Part shown: positions 20,131 through 27,297 of the stretch, piece by piece | Layout of the letters: the number at the start of each line of letters is the position of its first letter | How positions within the stretch are numbered: the stretch's first letter is position 1 | Virus record (IMG/VR): IMGVR_UViG_3300032321_002024 | Location: 160,001 to 224,000 of that record | DNA: 64,000 nt | DNA from: a virus | Lineage: Duplodnaviria; Caudoviricetes | Direction: 5' to 3' (one strand) | Translations under genes and position numbers: made by a program | The notes under the pieces: generated by a model | What the model saw: only the letters and a program-made list of their open reading frames with translations | Told to the model about the DNA's origin: nothing | Databases searched by the model: none

Positions 20131-21411
20131 ATGAATATTGAAAATTTTGTAAGAACTGCTGTAAATAAAATAAAAACAGATTGGGGATTGCCTGATAAAG
20201 GTTTTGTTGCTGGAGGATCAATTGCAAATTTAGTTTGGGAGTTGGTCTCTGGTAAAAAAGCTATTGTTAATGATATTGATGTTTTTATATTTGACGGAAT
20301 TGTTGATGGAATAGACCCTACTAATAAAAAATCACTTTTCAGATATCAAGAAAAAGAATCTAAGTTCTGGGAAGATTATAATGGAATTAGATATTCTACT
20401 ATCAATAAAGATTTTTATACAATTGAAAGTTCTGAACATGAAGGAATGTTTAACAATGTCAAGTATAAATCTAATAAAGCAGATACTGATATTATTCTAA
20501 GATCTTTTGATATTAACGCCACAAAGGTTGGATATTCAATTGAAGAAGATAAGTGTTATTGGACACCAGAATTTGAAGAATTCTTAAAAACTGGTGAGTT
20601 GAAGGTTTGTAATTTAATGACACCTTCACACACAGCAATTAGAATTGTTAAAAAAAGAAAAGAGTTAGATTGTAAATTGACACAATTTGAATTAGATCTC
20701 TTAAGACACTCTTTAGAATATAGATTTAGTGATATTATTAAAGTTAGATTCAAAGATAGATATTATGATATTTTTAATGATTATATAGATGATTTAAAAG
20801 AAAACTTTATAATAAAAAGAGATTTTCAAGCTGAAGAATACGTTAAAATTCACTTTCAAGAAGAAGTAAATCTTTATTATTTACAATCGATAATTGATAA
20901 ACCGGTTAATGATATTGATGAGTTTATTTATGGAAGAGAAGTTTTTGATGATTCTAATATTAGAAAGATTCATAATAGTCAAGAGTTTCTTTTTTATATG
21001 AGAAATATCTTTGGAAAAAATGATTTACCTGAAATTTGGTCTAAACTTTACTTTTTCTTCACTGATAAATCATATATTGATTGTCAACCAACTCAGGAAG
21101 ATTTGAATTTGATTAGTCGGTTAGGAAAATATGCTCCAAATTCAATTGATAATCTTAAAGGTAAAAAACTATCAGAACAGATTAAATTAGTCAAATGGAT
21201 TTTAGAGAAGTTTGAAGAAGATCCAATCGTTGCTATTTCAATTTTGGAAAAACATAAATTATCTCAAGATATTTTAGATGAACATGATTTGTTTCTTTTA
21301 GAATTATCAGTCAGAAAACAAATAGTTAATGATACGAGAGGTAAAGCCAATAAAGTTTTAGGTGTAAATGATGATAGCCCATTAAATAACTCACATTGGT
21401 GGTTGGAATAA
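20131..21411 (+). CDS. nucleotidyltransferase (CCA/poly(A) polymerase head-like)
   Basis: FVAGGSIA..NDIDVF and SFDINA motifs. Confidence 0.6.
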   Translation: MNIENFVRTAVNKIKTDWGLPDKGFVAGGSIANLVWELVSGKKAIVNDIDVFIFDGIVDGIDPTNKKSLFRYQEKESKFWEDYNGIRYSTINKDFYTIESSEHEGMFNNVKYKSNKADTDIILRSFDINATKVGYSIEEDKCYWTPEFEEFLKTGELKVCNLMTPSHTAIRIVKKRKELDCKLTQFELDLLRHSLEYRFSDIIKVRFKDRYYDIFNDYIDDLKENFIIKRDFQAEEYVKIHFQEEVNLYYLQSIIDKPVNDIDEFIYGREVFDDSNIRKIHNSQEFLFYMRNIFGKNDLPEIWSKLYFFFTDKSYIDCQPTQEDLNLISRLGKYAPNSIDNLKGKKLSEQIKLVKWILEKFEEDPIVAISILEKHKLSQDILDEHDLFLLELSVRKQIVNDTRGKANKVLGVNDDSPLNNSHWWLE

Positions 21412-21452
21412 ACTTTTATCAAATTAAAAAATATAAAATAGAAAACAAAATT

Positions 21453-21794
21453 ATGATAGCATATATAACAGAACTTAATAGTGAGAACTTTAAAATGTTT
21501 ACTGATAGTGAATTTTCACTTGTTGATATTTGGGCACCTTGGTGTGGACCTTGTAAGTTAATTGCTCCTATGGTTGATGAGATTTCATCAGAATATCAAG
21601 GTCAATTGTCAGTTGGTAAATTAAATGCAGATGAAAATAGTGATTTAGTAAAAGAACTTGGTATTAGAAATATTCCAACTTTACTATTCTTTAAAAATGG
21701 GGAACAAGTTAAAGATTCTGAAGGAAATACTGTCAAACTAGTTGGATCTGTTCAGAAAGAAAGACTTAAAGAAGTTATTAACGAAAATCTTTAA
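21453..21794 (+). CDS. trxA: thioredoxin
   Basis: WAPWCGPC active site, IRNIPT; ATG 21453 preferred. Confidence 0.92.
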   Translation: MIAYITELNSENFKMFTDSEFSLVDIWAPWCGPCKLIAPMVDEISSEYQGQLSVGKLNADENSDLVKELGIRNIPTLLFFKNGEQVKDSEGNTVKLVGSVQKERLKEVINENL

Positions 21795-21797
21795 TAG

Positions 21798-22337
21798 ATG
21801 AATTCTAAAGAAGATTTGTGCAGTTTGATTGGGGAATCAACACTTACACTTATTGGATACACTTTCAAAGACGAAAGAATTAAAGACGAATTAATTTCTA
21901 ATTTCAATTATGTTGAGATTAAAGAAATTGATTCGTCTTTTTCTTTTAAGTCTTTTTTAAGAAATGAGAAATTAAATCAAGTTTTAGATAGTGGTAAAAA
22001 GTTTGATTATATTCTTTTAGACCTAAATAATATCAGACCTACATACGATGGTGTATCTAAATGGGATAAGTCTTCTTTTATAAGAAATGTTCTTGAAAAA
22101 TTAAGAGAAAGAATATGGGTAGAAGTAGAACCTCAATATAAAATAATTGTAACTTCACCACTTAACAAAACTTCAGATAAAGATGAAATGGGTAGTTTTG
22201 TTGGAGGTAACCAACCTATTTATATGTCTGATTTGGTTGTTGTACTAAAAGGTGAAATATCCAGAGTTATAAAGAACAGAAACGGTGGTGAAGGTGATTA
22301 TATTCTTTATAATACTAAACAAAGTGTAGAAATTTAA
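21798..22337 (+). CDS. hypothetical protein (degenerate RecA/DnaB-like C-terminal features)
   Basis: ILLD..., YMSDLVVVL...VIKNRNG resembles helicase motifs, but no P-loop. Confidence 0.5.
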   Translation: MNSKEDLCSLIGESTLTLIGYTFKDERIKDELISNFNYVEIKEIDSSFSFKSFLRNEKLNQVLDSGKKFDYILLDLNNIRPTYDGVSKWDKSSFIRNVLEKLRERIWVEVEPQYKIIVTSPLNKTSDKDEMGSFVGGNQPIYMSDLVVVLKGEISRVIKNRNGGEGDYILYNTKQSVEI

Positions 22338-22350
22338 TTATATTTGTTAT

Positions 22351-22785
22351 ATGAGTATAGTAAATAACAGAAAAGCATATTTTGAGTATCATATTCTTGA
22401 AGAATTTGAAGCTGGAATTGTGCTATTGGGTTCTGAAGTAAAGTCAATTAGAATGGGTAATGTTACCTTAACCGATTCTTTTATTTACTTAAAATCTGGT
22501 GAAGTGTGGATTAAGAATTTTAAAGTTGCAAGATATAAACAAACACATCTTTCTGAAAAACACGAAGATAATAGAGAGAAGAAGTTGTTGCTTACAAAGA
22601 CACAGATTATAAAAATATCTCGAATGATGGAAGATAAAGGTATAACTTGTGTTCCACTTCAGGTCTTTTCCAAAAATAACAAATTAAAAGTTAAAATTGG
22701 TGTTGTAAAAGGAAAAAAACTTTATGATAAAAGACAGTCTATCAAAGAACGAGATATCAAAAGAGAAATGCAAAGAGGTTTATAA
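22351..22785 (+). CDS. smpB: SsrA-binding protein SmpB
   Basis: NRKAYFEY..EAGIVLLGSEVKSIR...KLLL...KGKKLYDKR. Confidence 0.95.
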   Translation: MSIVNNRKAYFEYHILEEFEAGIVLLGSEVKSIRMGNVTLTDSFIYLKSGEVWIKNFKVARYKQTHLSEKHEDNREKKLLLTKTQIIKISRMMEDKGITCVPLQVFSKNNKLKVKIGVVKGKKLYDKRQSIKERDIKREMQRGL

Positions 22786-22786
22786 T

Positions 22787-23164
22787 ATGAGTAAACGTGA
22801 AGATTATGATCTGATTTTATCAGATTTAAAATTATCTCAAAATGAAGAAGAAGTGATTACTAACATCACTAAAATTATCAAAGGATTTACTTCTGATTAT
22901 TACAAAAATGATTTATATGAAAATCCTTATTTCAAGTCTTTTATTCCTGAGATAAAAGAAATTATCACATCTGAATTATCGCAGATAAAATACACTCTTA
23001 AAGAGGAAATTTCAGCAATTAACAATGAAATTATGGGTTTAAATAGTAAGGGTATTACTTCTATAAATGATCCAGATATTTCAAAACTTCGGCAATTAAA
23101 AAAAGAATGTTTAATATTGATAAAAGAATTAGATAATAGATTAGAGGATTTACTTTTATTATAA
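22787..23164 (+). CDS. hypothetical coiled-coil protein
   Basis: ORF; ATG 22787 preferred. Confidence 0.55.
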   Translation: MSKREDYDLILSDLKLSQNEEEVITNITKIIKGFTSDYYKNDLYENPYFKSFIPEIKEIITSELSQIKYTLKEEISAINNEIMGLNSKGITSINDPDISKLRQLKKECLILIKELDNRLEDLLLL

Positions 23165-24775
23165 AGTTTTAATGAAACTTCTAATTCTGTTTATTTTTTC
23201 TAAATCTTGTTTATAATCTTCTTCAGTGTATTGATTATCATAAGTTGAGAAATAGTAATTTGTTTCGTCTGTGTATCTGAATCCACCTAATACTTCTCTC
23301 ACTTGATAATTGAATTGATTTCTACTCATTCTTATCCATTCGTATAAAGAACGAATTTTTTTACTAGTTAACCAAAGGTCGTCAATTGTATTCAGTTGTT
23401 TTTTTGTAAATATTACGTTAATTTCACTACCTAATTTAAATATCTCATCAAAAATCTTTTTTAACGGACTATCACCTTTTATAAAAGTTTTATTTGTTTG
23501 GTACCTCAAGAATTGATTATAATAATTTTCGGTTTTTCTTTTATACATATCTTTTACTCTGTTTATATAATACTCTTTGTCACTACTATCAACTACTTGA
23601 TATAAATAATCAGTAAAGTCAGTTAAATCACTCCAATCTGGTCTTTGATGGAAAATAGAAATATAACTGAATTCTTGAGATAAATGTTTACTTACAATTT
23701 TTTCTAAATTAAAAAAATCAGTTTCTGTTATATTTAAAGAAACAACTAACTTCTGAATGTATCTTTCAATATTCATTTTTTTAATTTCAGAGTCCGACAT
23801 CAGTTTAGTTGCACCTTCTTTTTCTGTCCTCCTTTGTTGTTTAGTTTCACTTGGTTTTTCAAACAAAATTGCATCAGATTCTGGATTTATTAATTCATCA
23901 AAATAAAGAACAAGTGCAAAATCGGCTTCATTTATATCTTTAGTTGTTCCTATTGATGAACCTCTACCCCATCTACTAAAAACTAATCTGTTACTCAATG
24001 GTAAGTTCCAAACCAATGGGCTTTCTGTTTTCTCTTCTTTCTCTTCTGATGATTCTTCTTTAGGTGGTTCTACATAGTGAAGTTCATCACTTGATTGTTT
24101 CCAATAGTGTAATTTACGGTGGTCACTTCCCATTTCAGTATTTTCAAATATCCACCAACTTTGACCACCATATTGTCTATAGTTTGTCCAATCAGGATTG
24201 GGTGCTTCTGATCCTGAAGCAACACTTTGAATCGCATAAGTTCTTCTATTATCATGTCTATCAACAAATATTTTTGCAATTCCGATACTAGAATCAAACT
24301 CACCAATTACCGTATCTCCCGTTTGTAACTTATTATAGTCTAAAACTTTCCAGATTTCTCCAGTTGGTGTTATTCTATCTTTGATATATTGTATATCTCT
24401 ATCGGTAAAACTTAGTGTATCTCTTAAACCATTTTGATTATTATCTGAAGATTCTATTTCTTTTTCTTCTTTATTTCCGGTGGCTGTATATCCTAAAAAT
24501 CCCTTTTCGATTGAAAACCAATATTTAATAACCCAGATACCTCTTTCATTAGTTACTGGTGATTCACATCTTAGTTGAATAGCTTTTTTTGCACTTAAAT
24601 ATTTAATATTACTATCCGATAATTTGTCTATTGGAAAGTCTACACCAGTCATAAAATCTCTTAATGAGTTAATAAAACTATCAGATGATTGTTTACCTAC
24701 TTTATCTTTTAAGAATTTTAAAGTATTACTAATTCCTTTTGATTGAAAAGCTTCATAAAATTTTAGATATTTCAT
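23159..24775 (-). CDS. hypothetical protein, putative head-packaged protein
   Basis: 538 aa; N-terminus MKYLKFYEAF; TAATATATA at 24782-24790. Confidence 0.65.
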   Translation of the reverse strand: MKYLKFYEAFQSKGISNTLKFLKDKVGKQSSDSFINSLRDFMTGVDFPIDKLSDSNIKYLSAKKAIQLRCESPVTNERGIWVIKYWFSIEKGFLGYTATGNKEEKEIESSDNNQNGLRDTLSFTDRDIQYIKDRITPTGEIWKVLDYNKLQTGDTVIGEFDSSIGIAKIFVDRHDNRRTYAIQSVASGSEAPNPDWTNYRQYGGQSWWIFENTEMGSDHRKLHYWKQSSDELHYVEPPKEESSEEKEEKTESPLVWNLPLSNRLVFSRWGRGSSIGTTKDINEADFALVLYFDELINPESDAILFEKPSETKQQRRTEKEGATKLMSDSEIKKMNIERYIQKLVVSLNITETDFFNLEKIVSKHLSQEFSYISIFHQRPDWSDLTDFTDYLYQVVDSSDKEYYINRVKDMYKRKTENYYNQFLRYQTNKTFIKGDSPLKKIFDEIFKLGSEINVIFTKKQLNTIDDLWLTSKKIRSLYEWIRMSRNQFNYQVREVLGGFRYTDETNYYFSTYDNQYTEEDYKQDLEKINRIRSFIKTL

Positions 24776-24793
24776 ACTTCTTATATATTAAAA

Positions 24794-24824
24794 TTTGTTT
24801 ATTAAAAAATAATTATTACTTTTG
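24794..24824 (+). promoter_or_regulatory. Bacteroidota-type sigmaA promoter
   Basis: TTTG-N19-TACTTTTG. Confidence 0.65.
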
Positions 24825-24830
24825 TATTCA

Positions 24831-25229
24831 TAAAGAGATATCAAAACAATAGTTTCGAGAAAATGCGGAAAGAAACAAGTTTTTAACTTCAAACGCTTAT
24901 GTGTGAGTTTTGATGTAATTATGGTGGTAAGTAGCTGACAAATAAATTAACACTCTTACTAAAAATCAGTGAACCACCTTGTATTATATATATTAGATAT
25001 AAATAAGAAGGGTGTATGTATTGAGAATTGAGTTGGTTCGATATACTTCTATTAATTTAGTAAATTTCAACTCTAAAGAGATTTTAAACGAGCAGAATGG
25101 TAACACTGCTTAACCAAGGGCGATGAACCCATTAAAAGGTAATCCTAAGTGATGAGGTCACTAAAAGTCAAGTTACTATAGGTTCTAGGGTTCCGACCAT
25201 ACTTGACAGGCGTTCCAAACTCTCTTTAT
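24831..25229 (+). ncRNA. candidate structured non-coding RNA, unknown family
   Basis: ORF-free 400 nt after a promoter; AAAGAGA (24832 and 25075) complementary to TCTCTTT (25221); several hairpins in 25075-25227. Confidence 0.45.
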
Positions 25230-25250
25230 TTAATTGTAAAAATTTAAACA

Positions 25251-25673
25251 ATGATAAAAGAACAAATTAACAATGACTACATGACGGCATTCAAATCAAA
25301 GAATACTGTTGCTAAAAACTTACTTTCTGTTGTGAAAGGAGAAATTCAAACTATTGAAAAAAATACTGGTGTTGATAATTTGTCTGATGAAGAAGTTCTC
25401 AAAATTTTAACAAAGACATCAAAATCTCTTAATGAGACTATTAAAGCATTATCACCAATTGATGGTAAAGGGGAAGATTTAGTTCAAGCGTGTGCTGAAT
25501 TAGCAATAGTTCAATGTTACCTACCAAAACAAATGTCTAAAGAAGAAGTTGCTGATAAAGTAACTGAACTTGTAAATTCTGGTGTAACAAATATAGGATT
25601 AATTATGAAAGAATTTGCAACTCTACCTGTAGATAAGAAATTGGTTTCTGAAATAGCAAAAACATTTTTATAA
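25251..25673 (+). CDS. yqeY: GatB/YqeY domain protein
   Basis: IKEQINNDYMTAFKSK...LSDEEVLKIL...ELAIVQCYLPKQMS...IGLIMK. Confidence 0.85.
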   Translation: MIKEQINNDYMTAFKSKNTVAKNLLSVVKGEIQTIEKNTGVDNLSDEEVLKILTKTSKSLNETIKALSPIDGKGEDLVQACAELAIVQCYLPKQMSKEEVADKVTELVNSGVTNIGLIMKEFATLPVDKKLVSEIAKTFL

Positions 25674-25704
25674 TAATCAATAAATGAATCATGATGTTTC
25701 ATGA

Positions 25705-25974
25705 TTAGTAGAACTCAGAGAACCTCAAAATCTTATTTTCCGACAATTTTTCAGGTAAATCGTTGTGTTTAGTTTTAGCAAAATCTCTGAGTTTTTTTAT
25801 TGCTCTTTTCTTTGCTGACTCTTTAGAATTCTTTGTCTTTTTACCTTTAGTTTCTGCTTCAATAAAAGACTTAGCAACTTCTTTTGCAGTCTCTGGAACA
25901 TTTTTATTTTGACCAGTTGCAAAAGCGTAAGCTGACCCCATTAGACGTTGTTGAGTTTTTGAAACAGATGGCAT
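25705..25974 (-). CDS. DUF3008-like small basic protein
   Basis: MPSVSKTQQRLMG...LRDFAKTKHNDLPEK; late motif upstream; C-terminal KILRFSEF. Confidence 0.65.
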   Translation of the reverse strand: MPSVSKTQQRLMGSAYAFATGQNKNVPETAKEVAKSFIEAETKGKKTKNSKESAKKRAIKKLRDFAKTKHNDLPEKLSENKILRFSEFY

Positions 25975-26021
25975 AACAAAAGATAATTTTTTTACTATAT
26001 ATTAAAAAATAATTTTAAATC

Positions 26022-26234
26022 ATGCCATACTTAAGAAACAACGGAATTATAAGTAAAGAAGAATATGTTGGTAAAACGATCGAAGAAGCAACACAATATG
26101 CGACTTCGGGTGGATTTATCACCAGAATTGTTGAGACCGATGGTCAACACAAAATGTTAGATATGTCTAATAGAGGAGACAGAGTTAATTTTAGAGTAAG
26201 AAATGGGATTGTAACTGACGCTTTCGGTGGATAA
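26022..26234 (+). CDS. hypothetical protein (peptidase-inhibitor I78-like C-terminus)
   Basis: RGDRVNFRVRNGIVTDA resembles the I78/I13 R.DR.N..V..G.V pattern. Confidence 0.45.
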   Translation: MPYLRNNGIISKEEYVGKTIEEATQYATSGGFITRIVETDGQHKMLDMSNRGDRVNFRVRNGIVTDAFGG

Positions 26235-26255
26235 TCCTAAAAAAATAAGATAAAA

Positions 26256-26287
26256 TTTGGTAGAATTAAAACTTTTTACTAATTTTG
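26256..26287 (+). promoter_or_regulatory. Bacteroidota-type promoter of tRNA operon 1
   Basis: TTTG-N20-TAATTTTG; a TAATATATA motif follows at 26319-26327. Confidence 0.7.
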
Positions 26288-26332
26288 TGTAAAATAAGAA
26301 CAAAAGAGAAAAACTTTTTAATATATAAAGAA

Positions 26333-26434
26333 ATGACAACAAATCGCACACATAAGCATTTTAGTAAATCGAGCAAGTGGTTTAGCACCCAGTTCGGTAC
26401 TGAGAAAGTATTGTGTGATTTTTCTACACTATAA
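26333..26434 (+). CDS. attenuator leader peptide 1 (33 aa)
   Basis: MTTNRTHKHFSKSSKWFSTQFGTEKVLCDFSTL; R,H,K,F,S,W match downstream tRNAs; contains AGTTCGGtACT complementary to the terminator 5' arm. Confidence 0.8.
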   Translation: MTTNRTHKHFSKSSKWFSTQFGTEKVLCDFSTL

Positions 26435-26459
26435 TGTAGTAAATTATAAGACAATATTT

Positions 26460-26493
26460 AAAGTCCGAACTTCAAAAGAGTTCGGACTTTTTT
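26460..26493 (+). terminator. attenuator terminator 1
   Basis: AAAGTCCGAACT-TCAAAAG-AGTTCGGACTTTTTT. Confidence 0.85.
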
Positions 26494-26507
26494 GTTTATA
26501 TCATTTT

Positions 26508-26580
26508 GGAATGGTGGCAGATCAGGTGATTGCGCTGGACTGAAAATCCAGAGGAGTGGGTTCGATACCCACCCGTTCCA
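26508..26580 (+). tRNA. tRNA-Phe(GAA)
   Basis: Cloverleaf; CTGGA-CTGAAAA-TCCAG. Confidence 0.9.
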
Positions 26581-26589
26581 CAAAATTTA

Positions 26590-26662
26590 GGACTCGTAGC
26601 TTAATCGGGAAAGCACTCCGCTTTTAACGGAGGGAGAGTGGGATCGTAACCCACCGGGTCCA
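26590..26662 (+). tRNA. tRNA-Lys(TTT)
   Basis: CTCCG-CTTTTAA-CGGAG; T-loop ATCGTAA. Confidence 0.9.
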
Positions 26663-26670
26663 CTAAATAT

Positions 26671-26743
26671 GATTTCGTAGCTCAGTTGGTAGAGCACCGC
26701 ACTTTTAATGCGGGGGTCGAGGGTTCGAACCCCTCCGGGATCA
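26671..26743 (+). tRNA. tRNA-Lys(TTT)
   Basis: CCGCA-CTTTTAA-TGCGG; canonical T-loop. Confidence 0.92.
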
Positions 26744-26745
26744 CT

Positions 26746-26818
26746 GTGAATGTAGCTCAATTGGTAGAGCGCTTGATTGTGATTCAAGAGGTAGCGGGAT
26801 CGTAACCCGTCATTCACC
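26746..26818 (+). tRNA. tRNA-His(GTG)
   Basis: CTTGA-TTGTGAT-TCAAG; C73. Confidence 0.9.
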
Positions 26819-26822
26819 AAAT

Positions 26823-26893
26823 ACGTCATACAGACATGGTGTCGGTCAGGTCTCCAAAACCTCGACGGGTGGGTTCAATTCCTACATGGCGTG
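26823..26893 (+). tRNA. tRNA-Trp(CCA)
   Basis: AGGT-CTCCAAA-ACCT; acceptor ACGTCAT/ATGGCGT. Confidence 0.85.
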
Positions 26894-26901
26894 CTAATAA
26901 T

Positions 26902-27030
26902 GGGGATGTAGCTCAGTGGTAGAGATTAAACTTCTCTTTTGAAATTTTACCTTGTAAGAGTGTTGATTGAAAGAGTTACTTCGTATATTTTGAACATATA
27001 AGGTCGTTGGTTCGAATCCAACCATCCCCG
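26902..27030 (+). tRNA. atypical tRNA (anticodon TGA, short variable loop) interrupted by a 57-nt insert
   Basis: Removing 26925-26981 gives a 72-nt cloverleaf GGGGATG..GCTC/GAGC..TATAT-TTTGAAC-ATATA..TTCGAAT..CATCCCC-G. Confidence 0.65.
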
Positions 27031-27036
27031 CTAAAT

Positions 27037-27109
27037 AGTTTCGTCGTTCAACTGGACAGGACACTCGGCTACGAACCGAGAAATGAAGATTCGACTTCTT
27101 CCGAGACTA
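27037..27109 (+). tRNA. tRNA-Arg(ACG)
   Basis: CTCGG-CTACGAA-CCGAG. Confidence 0.88.
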
Positions 27110-27118
27110 CAAAAAAAA

Positions 27119-27202
27119 GGAAGAGTAATTAAGCTGGCGCTTGACCTAGTCTTGAAAACTAGTGGTACTGAAAGGTATGGGGATCGATACCTCACTCTTC
27201 CG
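27119..27202 (+). tRNA. tRNA-Ser(TGA)
   Basis: CTAGT-CTTGAAA-ACTAG; long variable arm; G73. Confidence 0.88.
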
Positions 27203-27209
27203 CAAAAAA

Positions 27210-27296
27210 GGAGAATAAACTAATCTGGTGATTAGGACCGCCTGCTAAGCGAGTCGCACGTTGAATTTGTGTGGGGTTCAATTCCTCTGTTCTCCG
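27210..27296 (+). tRNA. tRNA-Ser(GCT)
   Basis: CGC-CTGCTAA-GCG; long variable arm. Confidence 0.88.
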
Positions 27297-27297
27297 C

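Noticed and set aside
24831-25229. tmRNA or RNase P RNA assignment
   Set aside because: No tRNA-Ala-like ends or tag ORF, and no GAGGAAAGTCC-type P4 signature; kept as an unknown ncRNA
26333-26493. T-box riboswitch explanation for the tRNA leaders
   Set aside because: No T-box consensus (AGGGTGGNACCGCG) or stem I; leaders are short and have translatable control codons
26157-26829. Minus-strand ORFs 26157-26351, 26266-26454 and 26587-26829
   Set aside because: Antisense to leader 1 and the tRNA genes; no protein-like features
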